Assembly (NCBI GenBank): GCA_951406725.2
Contig: OX597820.1
Location: 50,716,001-50,780,000 of the forward strand
DNA length: 64,000 bases
Direction: 5' to 3'
DNA from: Octopus vulgaris
Taxonomy: Eukaryota
A program made the translations under genes and the position numbers. Shown piece by piece: positions 39,200-52,095 of the stretch. Within the stretch, counting starts at the first letter, position 1, and every line of letters begins with the position of its first letter. The notes under the pieces are model-generated. The model did no database searches. It had not been told where the DNA came from and was given only the letters and a program-made list of their open reading frames with translations.

Positions 39200-40445
39200 T
39201 GAAAACACTGAACACGTTTATAAGGTATCACAGACCTCGATATTTTGACTTTATTGACTCTTGTCAATAGGATGTTTCTAATACTGGAGTTGAATGGCTG
39301 TGCAACCTGAAGGAAAAAAAACCTTCCTGTCCTCAACAAGACGCTACACCCTTTACTAAAGATAATATAAGAGATGTGACCAAAGCGATGAGCAATTGGA
39401 AAGCAGCAGGATATGGTGGTATACAGTGATATACAGATGCCTTAAATTAATTACAGAAAACTTGTATGAACTGATTGATGGAGCAGAAGTAATATGAAGG
39501 TAGCTGGCCGAAGAACGAACAGTGTTGTGCTTGAAGATGCATCTAAACGAAATGCTTCCGATAATTACAGTTCAAGTTCTTGTCCATTTACGTAGAATTT
39601 ACTGTCGGGAAGGATGGCAGGAGAAATGTACAACTTTCTTGGTGATAACAATATTTTACCAATGGAGCAAAAAAGTTATAAGAGGAAATGAGGTATTAGA
39701 CACCTGTATTTGATAGACAAAATATCAATACAAGATTTTTAGCGAAGGAGGACAGATTACGGTATGGCTTGGATTGATTTCTTTACAGCTTACGATATGA
39801 TCCCGCATGGATCATTGAGTGCATATGTTTGCTTGAAATTGCAAGTAACTTAAGACGTTTTCTGAAGAGAACTATGGAGGGTTCGAAAAGTGAGTTGACA
39901 TCACAGGGAAAAAGGCTTGAAGATGAATAGCAAAGATTAGGTACAAGTGTGTTCCTTGGGAAACACGGTCTACTATTTTAGTGCGGATATCACGATGGAT
40001 GTCGGCCACAGAAAGTGTGGTTTAAGCAGTCGGAAAATTATAAGGTACAGTCCTTCGCAGGGATAGAATTAAGAAATAGGGAGATAATAAAACAAATTGC
40101 GAAGGAAGGATATACGTATCTTGGCATATTAGATTTCAATGAAATCAAGGAGAATGGAATGAAAGAACAGCTGAATAAAGAATATTGATGTTGCTCTCAA
40201 AATTAACTGGATGGAATAGACGCCAAGCAGCAATACACGTGCGATAACATCACTTAAGTACGCAGCTGGAATCATGAAGTGCGAAAAGAATAGACTAATG
40301 CGTATGGATATGAAGATACAGAAATTATTAACATTATATGGAGCATTTCATCAAAAAGGTGACATTGATCGGTTGTACTTGTCTAGACGAATGGATGGGA
40401 GAGATGTGAGCGTTTATCAAGAATCTGTTGAATAAGATGATAACA
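39200..40445 (+). mobile_element. Decayed R4/Dong-like LINE RT fragment
   Basis: MAWIDFFTAYDMIPH, GYTYLGIL, GAFHQKGDIDRLYLSR. Confidence 0.75.
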
Positions 40446-40501
40446 GTTTAGATTTGTAATTGTGTGTCTACTAACAAAAAATGAGGCAATTATTATTATT
40501 A

Positions 40502-40533
<32 letters not shown>

Positions 40534-40573
40534 GTTGTTGTTGTTGTTGTTATTGTTGTTGTTGTTGTTGTTG

Positions 40574-40634
<61 letters not shown>

Positions 40635-40849
40635 CACCATCATCATCATCATCATCATCACTTTCCTAATAAATTGCAATTTATTTCATCTTCTAACCGA
40701 GTCTCGACCAGACACTTCAGGCAAATATATATTATATATATTAGACGGAGAGAATTTTCCTGTGAATAGGGGTGGTTTATGTCAACAATTATTGAAACTT
40801 GTTGACTGTTGGTTTCTTCATGATTCCCAGGCCACCTACAACAAAAAGG

Positions 40850-42500
40850 ATGGTTTTTGTTTTTAATTTCTACGTACTCGATATCTCAATCTTAATCTCC
40901 TTATACTTCGACGGTTTTCGTATTCCTTTGCAGAGATGTTTCCATTTCAATTAAAATGTATTTTTGTAACGTCTTATATGACGATGTCTGGTCTGTTAAC
41001 ATTTGCTTGCCTGACTTTATGTACCCCATAATCCAATAGGATTAGATCATTCCCTCCCTTAATGACCGCTCCAGATACTGCTCATACTAGTTCTTAGGTG
41101 GCGGGATGCAATAATGAAACCATATTATCCAGTGCAAGTATTGGCCAAATCGATCGTGCCTGGCAACAATTTGCTCAATACTGTTAATTATGTCATTTCA
41201 GAGTCTACATTTCGTGTCTATAACATTGAATGCGACATTAACTTGATTGTTTCGGGTGAGAAGGCTTTGCTCTCGTGTTGCTAAGATGAAACCTTATGTT
41301 TCTCCAGCTGGATTGTGTTACTGCCCATGCAATGATATTTCTTTCCACAGTCTTGATATTTCCTTCAAGCTTTCCGGTTTGGATTTTCTTTTACACTTTT
41401 TGTTGTCTTAGTGGGTGGTGTATCTTCCTTATCACCTTCATAATCAGGGTGGTTTAAGTCATAGTCTTTCTTGACATGCCACCTTTGAAATGCAGTGCAG
41501 GTTCTTACTGTGTTCGTGTTGCCTTAACAGCTGTATCATCCAGTCGATGTTACTTTGGAAGTACACTTGAAGTCCTATCGTGGTCGTTCTATATAGCGTT
41601 TCAAACTGGATTACAAAACTGCCACCATCCATTCATAGGAGATGGAGCCTGTAGACGTCTGATTCTGGTTGGTGCATCATGTTTCCTGGTCTTTATGTCC
41701 ATACGCTGGAGATCATTCAAATTCCAATGGATGACATTAAGGCTATACTGGACAAATGGTACCACCAGAGACTTTATACCTGCAATTCTATTCTTCGTCT
41801 ATCTCAGGATATTTATACAAGCCTTCTTGATCCAGGTTCATGAGAGATCGTTCACGCTCAAGTTGGGTCATAGAATTAGATGTCAGTTTACCACGTTTGA
41901 AAGAAGCTTTTGCTCACTTATAGAGACCAAATACCACATTGATGTCATCACTGAATGTTTTCACATTTACTAGTAGCCCTTTCAGAACCTTGTCAGCTAT
42001 GCATATCACTTCAGATCGTCCATGTCGGGCGAGTGAGAGATGATCTTGTCAAACATTTTGTAACTGTAGTTTTTTTTCAGCTCGTGAGACAAGAGAATTA
42101 GGAAAATATAGAAAAGGACAAAAGGGCTTGAATTAGCCAGGAATGTTCCACTTCCTAATTTGATATTTTCAAACACATACGTACCTTTTTCGAGGTTAAG
42201 AACAATTTTTTCCACACTCCCATACAGTGCTGTAGAAAACCCTTTACGAAATATCTTGTATACATTTGGTACCTTTGAACCCAGCCATATGGGATACTGT
42301 TAAATGACTTAACACAGTCGATCCCTGAATAAGTGTTGTTTGAGGATGTTGAATGAAACACCTGTTTCCAGAGTTAAATTATTCAAACCCCAAAGAATTT
42401 CTCTCAACACATGGCTATGATACATACCATCATCCCACTTACTCATGATCTGAGATGCACATATCGTGACTATTTATGGTCACGTAACTGCCAAGAAAAT
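40850..42500 (-). mobile_element. Decayed R4/Dong-like LINE fragment
   Basis: IDCVKSFNSIPYGW, MDDLK and NRPDIV remnants in the expected order. Confidence 0.7.
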
Positions 42501-42651
42501 CTGTGGTATTGAAGAGAATATATATTGTAGCCTTTCCTTCATACCAAGACAAAACGTGTACATGATAAAACTTTCAAACAGTTAAGATGAGAAAACATGA
42601 GAGCCACTGTCTAGTACTACATTAGGGCTTTTATTATTATTATTATTATTA

Positions 42652-42721
<70 letters not shown>

Positions 42722-42733
42722 TACTACTACTAC

Positions 42734-42833
<100 letters not shown>

Positions 42834-42834
42834 T

Positions 42835-44160
42835 ACTCAGGAGATTAGACTGTTGGAAAAGAAAAGAATCCTAACACCGTGCTACATATAGCCTTAGATG
42901 CCAAAAATCCTCCTATTGGGGCCAAGAACCCTCCTAAGTATCATAGTTGCCCCAAATAATACTATTTTCTGCTGCTGTACGAAAGTGGGATTTATGCCTA
43001 TTTCTTCTATCCATCTGCTCAGATCTTTAGGGACAGGATCCAGTGCACCTAAAACTACTTCGATACATTTTACCAAAACTTTTCTTAGTTTCTGTAATTC
43101 AAACACTAGGTCCTGGAACTTTGCTATTTTTCTATACGTCTCATTAATTTTTTCATCATTTGGGACTGTAAAGTCAATTATCTGGCACTTTCTATTCTCC
43201 TTATCTACTACTACTTCCTAATCAGGCCTTCTAACTTGTATTACTTTGTCAGTCTGAATGTTAATGTCTCACAGAATCTTGTATTTCTACTTTTCAGTAC
43301 TTTACTAGGTTCATGTTCATACAATTTATCAGTATCTTCAAACCCTAGCTTCCTACAAAACTCCCAATGCGTTTCTCTCCTTAGATTGTCATATGTTTTC
43401 TCGTATTCTTTCTGTACCAACATTCAACATTCACTTACTAAATGAGTAACGCTTTCCTCTTTTCATCTGCATAATCTATAATGGGAATCTACTTGGTTTT
43501 CTTTATTGTGGTTTGTTAATAGTTAGTCCTTAATGCTTGATCTTATGCAGCGACTAACAAACTTTCTGCCTCCCTCTTCAGCTTTCCTATCTGCAGCTAT
43601 AACCATGTCTCACCACTACTATTTGCTGCAACTATCTTTGGGTATCTACCATACAACGCCTTCTCCTACCAGACAGTTAATTTCTGCTTTTCTTTTGGTC
43701 TTAATTTTGCTGTGAATCTAGATGTTTTTAAAAATCTTTCTTCACTATTACCTACGACGAATTTTATATCTACTCTAGCTAACTCTACGCAGTTTTCTAC
43801 TGATATTAACCTTCTTCCACCCCTTCCTTTCTAGGTAGATAAAATCTTGCTACTCTTGTCATTGAGTGGAATCCTCCATTCATATTGAATTTCTTCCTAG
43901 TTTTTCTGTCTAGCTTTACTAATTCAGATTTTGTCAAATCTACAAAAGCTGCTGAATATCAAAGTAATGATACTGCCCAAGTATTTACAACCTTCACTAG
44001 ATACGGACCGTTTAGCTCTTACTTCATTAGTTTCCTCGCCCTTCTGATGTACTCCTTCTCAATGTTCGTTTTCATTTCTCTAGTTCGTACTCGGTCAGAA
44101 TCTGATACTCCTAGATACTTATAACCCTCCCCACCTTTCAACGGTACATTGCTATTCGTT
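42835..44160 (-). mobile_element. Decayed R4/Dong-like LINE 3' part abutting (TAA)n
   Basis: YKYLG, zinc-knuckle remnant RLC...ESVTHLVSEC, HWEFCRK, YEHEP, VVLGAL...QKIVLFGATMILRRVL. 3' end runs into the 42631-42833 TAA tract. Confidence 0.85.
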
Positions 44161-44169
44161 CTTTTCAGC

Positions 44170-46560
44170 TATATAATACTTTCTTGGTTATTCTGGCCGT
44201 GCTAAGAAGGTACGCCATTTGTAACAGTGCTAGCTTCCACTCTGTTCCAATTTCTTTTATATTCTTCTTGATGCCTTCTGCTACTGAACCCAAGCATCCA
44301 TTTTTTCACCTACATTTTCAGAAACCGGGATATTTCGTACTTCAAAGGGTTGCATCTATATTTTCGCCTTCCTTCTTGAATATTCGTGAGTCAAATTGGC
44401 ATGCAACATCAACTATATAGCATATGTGGTGTACTTTGGAAATCATCACTAGGTCCGCTCTGTTATGCTCTAGCACCTGATATGTTTGGACTGAGAAATC
44501 TAAGATGATTTTGCTAATCTCCGACTCTGTCACTCCCTGCAGTTTCTGTTCATACCACGTCTTGACTCTCTCTAGCCCCCACTTTCTGCAAGTTTCTAAT
44601 GTAACACTTTCGCTACCTCACAGTGTTGCCACAACTTGTAGTGGCTTTAGGCAAGTCTAGGGCATTCGTTCGTGATATGGGCCTTGGTTTGCCTCCACTG
44701 TATTGCAGGTGCGGTACAGCGGAGACACTGGCTCATTCCACAGGTAGACCCTTCAGTTCATGGCCAGAATGCTTGGTCCTGTGCTGCCAGTATAGTGCTC
44801 TCGCCTTTTTACTTTAGGGTTTCTTTCATCAGCCAATCCCACTTATTTTCTCCAGCAACTTCTGTTTTGGCTACATGGAATTGATTGTATAGTTCCTACT
44901 TGCGTAATTCTTATTCATGTCCTTTTTGTACTTCTCATGTTTTCCCCTTTTTCTCTGCTCTCAATACTCTCTCCCTCCTAACTCTCACTATCAAGGTTTA
45001 CTTACTTCGGGCTATGTATCTTATTAAATTCTCGAGTTCGATGCACAGTCTTCCACACTTATCAACCTACTTTCTCTATTTGCTTTCTTCATGTATTGGC
45101 GGTCAGTGACTTCACGTGGATGATGGGAACCGAGCATCGTTAGGAGTTTTCTTGACTACCTGTCCCTCTCATTTAGCTCCTCCTCTGTCTACTTCAGGAT
45201 TCTACCGCTATACGGAACTACTGAAACTGCACATGAATCCCGAATTTATTCCCGAAATTATATCTCTGACATTGAGCTTTGACGCCAATATTTTTTTCAC
45301 TCGCCGCAGGTACTCTCTCTTATTTCTTTTACTTCAGGCCGCGGTATTTGATTCCCTCTGCCTCAAGTATTTCCAGGTATTCATAGCTGGATTGAGGTTT
45401 AATTACCTTCATCCTTTTATCGCATGGCAATCATATGCCTTCTGTTCTGGCAAACGTTTCTCGCCTCATCGCTATCGTAGCACATCCGAAAGGATGAAAG
45501 GCAAAGTAAACCTCGGCGGAATTTGAACTCAGAACGTAACGGCAGACGAAATACCGCTAAGCATTTCGCCCGGCGTGCTAAAGTTTCTGCCAGCTCGCCG
45601 CCTTCAGGTTATGTTGACATTTACCTTTGGCTTCCAAACCTAACTTCCGGTCTATAAAGCTCGAGATGGGATTTATTAGATTGTTGGTGGTGTGTGATAT
45701 TGTCAATTCTGATATAACCAGTGATATCATTTATCTTCCTGACCCATTCGAATGAGTTTCTTTCTGTTTACATTTTTAAACCCTGTATAAAAGTACTGTT
45801 CACCAGATGATTTCATTTAAAATGGATATCCGTTCTTCTATTCACTCATCGCTTTCCTGATCAATAATCTCAGACTCATGCTCGTTTCCTTCCTTCAACT
45901 CTACTGCCATAGTTTCACTATCTCCATTCTCTTCCTCACCATTCTGTTCACCGCTTGTCTTATTATCCCAAAGCACCCGTCTCTTAATGCTTTCTAGTTC
46001 AACTGGAGATAACCATTCAGTCTTTCTGGTGGCTCTAACTTGGTCCCACAGATTTTGTTCACTTAATTCAAATAGGTGAATTAAGTCGCTCCCTGCCCTG
46101 TGCGTTCTTTTCCTATATCCCCTAGCGGGTACTTCATTATTATTTCTCGGATTACCCAGAAGTTAGCACTCTAATACAGCCACATTCATTTCTTTCATCC
46201 ACCTACTTTTAGCAGTTGCTTGATGACGACTGGGCCCATGCTGCTCACCCGTGGGGCACCCGCCGGGCGAGTGACTCACAGAAGGTTTTTCAGCCTCATT
46301 CACGCCGTTATCATTCCTATTTTTATTTGAGATTTCAGCACCCAGGATAAGGGTTAGTGAATTATAGGTTGAACAGCAACCAGTATTTTTCCACGTGACA
46401 CCATCACTGACAGAATCTCCACCCTTGGATATAGGATTCTTGTTATCCTGGTTTACTTTTTGGAGTTTCGTCTCCTACAAAGAGTGTTCAAGTGTCATGA
46501 TTGCTTCAGTCTCTTAGATATATATTATTTTGCTGGTTGTTTCCTCGTAAGTGTTCATTA
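44170..46560 (-). mobile_element. Internally deleted R4/Dong-like LINE with embedded SINE
   Basis: KIILDFSVQTYQVLEHNRADLV...CYIVDVACQFDSRIFKKE at the 3' end, plus N-terminal-type remnants upstream; extent approximate. Confidence 0.65.
45485..45604 (-). mobile_element. 5' half of tRNA-derived SINE (same family as 23144-23363)
   Basis: Reverse complement matches ~23142-23262 with A and B boxes; 3' half absent. Confidence 0.8.
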
Positions 46561-46628
46561 GCCTTTATAAATGTCTTCTTTTTTCTTCCTATAGTGTCAA
46601 AATAGCAAGAATCATACAGCCCCCGCGC

Positions 46629-46689
<61 letters not shown>

Positions 46690-46899
46690 CGTAGTTGTTG
46701 TTGTTGAGGTGTCATCTTAATTCTGTTAATTCTGCTGGATAGCATGTCACTTCCTGCGTCAATAGGGATCTAGCACCTCTCTTAACATTTCTGTCGCCCC
46801 TAATATAAAACAAGGAGGGTTTCTGCATAGTAGAGATCGTTATCTCACAACGAAAATATTACGCGGTTATTATTATTATTGTTGTTGTTTTTATTATTG

Positions 46900-46975
<76 letters not shown>

Positions 46976-47000
46976 TATTATTATTATTACTATTCTTCTT

Positions 47001-47086
<86 letters not shown>

Positions 47087-49036
47087 CATCATTACCACCA
47101 TCATAATCCTCGTCATCGTTGTCGTCATCTCTGTTATCACCATTATCATCATCGTGATTTTTACAGGCCAGTTTAATACGCAGGGATGCGCTACTGAGAT
47201 TTATTGCCTTGTTGCCTTAAATCTCAAGAATCTTTCAACTTGACAATATGCATCCCAATTTCATTATCGTTTATCCTCCTACACAGCTCTTTGAGCGTAC
47301 ACCAATTATTATATAAACAATTTTCAGCTTTGTGCATCACAGCTGTTAATCTTTCTGGCTATTTTTAATATTTTCAGTTTTCTCAAGTTTCTTTCGTATA
47401 TACTCAACTATCATGCGGTTACAAAGTATTGTAACCTTTGTACTTTCTGTTCTTCATTGTCATATCTCGTCAGGTTGCTTCAAAAATATTATGTCTCCAT
47501 AGTGAAGCTCCTTAACTCACGTGATTATAAATAATTGAACTCATATTCGTATCATTTCCTGCCACATCATTTCAAAAGAGTCGTCTAATACTCTATTTTC
47601 CTCTTTCACCGACACTGACATGCCTACAAAAGTGTTTTTTTGTGTAGATAATAGCAATCGCCTGAGTGGTATTAAATATTCCGTCACAGTTACTACATCT
47701 TGTGCTTTTGCTGATTTTCATCACTGATTTCATGACTGATTTTCATCACTTCTTGTTATCAAACTATTTTTAATAGCTTGACCTCAGTAGTTATAATTTG
47801 TGATCTATTTCCTCGTTTCAGGCTTGGATTTCTCCAAGGACACATTGTCCTTCATCTCGAAGTATACCATTTTGATGTATCAGTTGGTCCTTGTTTCTCA
47901 TTACATTCCAACTGTGAATATTTAATAATTGTTTGTTTGTCTGTTTTTGTGGTATAATACATCTATGAACCTATGTTCGTGGTAGATATACTATTCGCTG
48001 TCAAATTTTGCGTGATGTATTTTTGATGACATCTTTATTTTTTTCGTTTACTTCGCAGTTTGCTGACGTTGGAATTGACAATTTAGAATACTATAGCTAT
48101 AATATTATAATTTAAGCTATACATGGATCTGAGTGCTAAAAAAATATCAAAACAAGTTTTCTCCTTGGGAAACTCTAGCGTTATTTGGTTTTGATTTTAA
48201 AAAATTTAATGTTCCAAACAGCATTTCCCTACTGCAGATTCACATCTGTCTTTGTCAGCTCAGCAACTTTACTTTATTTTTTTCTTTCCAGTACAGAACT
48301 ATTAATGCAAAAGTTGTAGTTCTTAAAATTCTTTAAAGTTGTTAAAAAAGAATACCGATCAACAGTAATCGGAAAAGATTGGGCTCACTACATTTTTCTT
48401 TACTACAGAGCTCAACGATAAGTGTAAGACTAGCATGATAGACTCATTTGCCAAAAACGGCTTCATGGGGTGAGGATCCCTTGTTTATTTGCTCAAGTGA
48501 GTGTTTTGGCTAATGTCTCGTTCACATTTATGTGTGGTGACTATTATTCTCACCAACCCACACACACACAAAAATACAACACAGAAATGCACATTCACGC
48601 ACACACTCACAAGCACACACACACCAAAACACACAAAAACAAACGTAAACATACGCAAACACTCATATAATTAAACTCATATCAGAGACAGGGCACAAAA
48701 GAAGACCAGCCGACTGGTACGTAATGTTTGAAACAATAATCTGCGGCTGAAATTTTCTTAGCTATGTCTCTTGACTTAGTTCAGTGACAACAAACTGGCG
48801 ACAACGGTATCTAACTATAAGGGCAATATCACATGCTACAAAAATCTTTCAACACATGTTTAATATGAACATCATCTCTTCATTTTCATCTATATGAGAG
48901 AGAGTCTGCAGAACGTGAGGAGAAATATATTTCAGTAAAGTATTCATGCCTGCAAGTCTATATATTGTATGTACCCTGGTATATACTGCATGCGTGCGCA
49001 CACATACACTTACATAATACATATATATGTATATAC

Positions 49037-49110
<74 letters not shown>

Positions 49111-49115
<5 letters not shown>

Positions 49116-50085
49116 TAGAAAATAGTAAAAAGTGAAAAAAACTACAGAAGGCTTGTTTTAAAAGGTTAAAAAATATATATTTGAGTCATTATGTCTGAAG
49201 AATGTTATAAATGTTTTTCATACAATGACATAGTTTTTGAAGAAAGACCGGTTTCGCGTTCAGCTTTTCAAATTTCTTACATCGTTATGTTTACGTTGAG
49301 AAATGTGAAGGAGAGTGAAAGAGAGTTCCAGATAAGGGGAGGTAATAAGTGATTTCTTCCGGTGTAAGGGAGATAATCGCTTAATATTTCTTGCCTTTCT
49401 TTTGGAGTGAGTTTCTCTGTATAAGAATGTTGGAATGGTTAAGTTTGGGCTTGTATTTTTCAATGAAGAATGTTTCCTTGTTTAGTCTAATTTGTGTTGG
49501 TGTTCCGATAGCACTACTCAGACGTAGATGCACACTGCATCGACAACAGATTGCATTCCCAGAATACAGAATGATACCTTTTAGTGAGCACATTGAGAAA
49601 TGCTCAAAGCAACTACTACCACAATTTTTAATCTTTCCAGTTTACCAATGTGCTATCGGAACACCAACACAAATTAGACTAAACAAGGAAACATTCTTCA
49701 TTGAAAAATACAAGCCCAAACTTAACCATTCCAACATTCTTATACAGAGAAACTCACTCCAAAAGAAAGGCAAGAAATATTAAGCGATTATCTCCCTTAC
49801 ACCGGAAGAAATCACTTATTACCTCCCCTTATCTGGAACTCTCTTTCACTCTCCTTCACATTTCTCAACGTAAACATAACGATGTAAGAAATTTGAAAAG
49901 CTGAACGCGAAACCGGTCTTTCTTCAAAAACTGTCATTGAATGAAAAAAATTTATAACATTCTTCAGACATAATGACTCAAATATATATTTTTTAACCTT
50001 TTAAAACAAGCCTTCTGTAGTTTTTTCACATTTTACTATTTTCTATATATTCAACCACGTGCTTTCACACACCAACTTTCTCACC
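49111..50085 (+). mobile_element. 5'-truncated PLE with 5' inversion (~400-bp palindrome)
   Basis: 49111-49514 is the reverse complement of 49650-50050. Forward strand from ~49515 encodes the GIY-YIG C-terminus LRRRCTLHRQQI...SEHIEKC...RLNKETFFIEKYKPKLN. (TA)n on both sides. Confidence 0.9.
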
Positions 50086-50109
50086 TATATATATATATAT
50101 ATATATATA

Positions 50110-51316
50110 CTAGCTGAAGGTGACCCGCTCCACGCGGGGGTAAGAGTGTAGTTGTTACTTTCTGTTGCTTCCTTTCAGCATGTAAAAAGCACTATCCGAA
50201 CGTGACCGATTGCAGCGCCGCCTTGACTGGCTTCTGTGCCGGTGGCACGTAAAAAGCATCAACCGATCGTGGCAGCTGCGAGCTCCCCTGGCACCTGTGC
50301 CGGCGGCACGAAAAAAGGACCCACGACACTCACAGAGTGGTTGGCTTTAGGAAGGTCATCCACCTGTAGAAACACTGCCAGATCAGATTGGAGCCTGGTG
50401 CAGCCTCCTGGCTTCCCAGACCCCGGTCAAACTGTCCAACACGTGCTAGCACAGAAAACGGACATTAAACGATTATGATGATGATGATTCTACCTCTTTG
50501 TTTCTCTCTCCTTTCTCTCTCACTTTCCCCACTATCTTACTTTTCTTTTCTCTCGGATTCTCCCTCACTTTCCCTTACTCTCTATCTTTATCTATCTCTC
50601 TCCCATTTATAAACAACAAAAGATCTTGAGTAAGTTGAGAAATAAAATATTTAGAAAGATCAATCATAAATATCAGGCAGTGGCAACGGAAAGGTCTGCT
50701 TGAAGTCAGACAGCAAAACGCTAACATTTAAAAGGGACAGACGAACTTGCGAGCTGAATAAAAATAATAAAATATTGGAAACTAAAGTTTGAAGGGATAG
50801 AATCTGAGGATAGCAGAGTCACCATGGCTGGCATTTCTTAACGACGGACAGCAACGTATTGACAGTTTAACGGACGGCGTAAAATTTTGAGCTTGATGTA
50901 AAAGAAAATTCGTAAACACCAAGTTTTAAGTGATTTTTTCTCACGACAGTAGACTCACCATGGCAAGCATTCAAAACTTCTTCATCATGGACGGCAACAC
51001 ATTGACGATTAAAAGGCTGGCGCAAATTTTTTAGCTACATGTAACAGAGAATTCCTAAACACTCGCTCCTTTAAATTTTAATCCCCTTCCAGCCCCATTT
51101 AGACCCCTTTTCACATTTTGGTTAATATAACCCGATTTCATTCGGGTCTACTAGGGCCACATTTTATAAGATGAGGAATTTTGTCCTAGAGGTGACGCCT
51201 TTCATTTGAGGAAAAAAATAGTTGTCATGCAAACTTGCCAGCACTTTTAATATAGGTGTGCATATTTTCAGCTGAACCGACCGACTACGTAATGCACACA
51301 TTATATATATATATAT

Positions 51317-51368
<52 letters not shown>

Positions 51369-52094
51369 ACGCATTATATATACAAATTATATATATATAT
51401 ATGTATAAATTAAATTAGAGATAAAACCACTAATAGGCAAATCAAACAGTGAAAAACGAAAAACAAAAACATAAAAATAAAAATATAATATAGAAAATAT
51501 ATAAAATATAAAATTGAAAAATTTAAATTATTTAAATTTAAAATAAAAATTATTAAATTATATTTATAATTTGTTTAAAAATATATATAACTATGAAAAA
51601 GTATTAAAAAGTTTAATATACATAAATACAGATATATACACTTTGTATATATACATTATATATACATATATATATATAGAACACACACACACACATAAAT
51701 GAACGCAAGATATATCTGATTCATAATATTTGTTCTCATGCTCGTGTGTTGTTGGTGGCGATGATAATTCTCTCTATGAATGCAGACAGATACATAAAAG
51801 AACGCCGAAGTGATGGGAAGGTAGGAAACAGAGTGAGTGAAAAAGTGCCGGAAAGAGAGGAAATAGCGAGAGTGAGTTGAGAAAGACAGATACATTAAAG
51901 AACGTGAGTGGACTTGTCAAAGTGGGTTTTTGGCCCTTGCACCGATACCTTTTAAGATAGGGATTTCTAAGGTAGCCCACGGGCATCGTCACCTCATTTT
52001 ACATATCCCTGTAAATTTTGGAGTGAATCCGACGGGATGTAGTGGTCTTGAAAGCGATCCAAGCGGTAAAAACGCATTTCAGTTTTATATATAT
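50110..52094 (-). mobile_element. Non-autonomous Helitron, unit 1
   Basis: Minus-strand 3' end: GC-rich hairpin then CTAG|T at 50110-50113. 5' terminal ~145 bp (51945-52090) is shared with 55657-55800. Confidence 0.8.
50178..50489 (+). mobile_element. SINE 3' portion nested in the Helitron
   Basis: Tandem gtgccggtggcacgtaaaaagca units, gagtggttggc..taggaagg.catcca motif and (GAT)n tail. Confidence 0.65.
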
Positions 52095-52095
52095 A

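Noticed and set aside
47160-47900. Possible additional R4-like 3' fragment
   Set aside because: Too degenerate to call as a feature.
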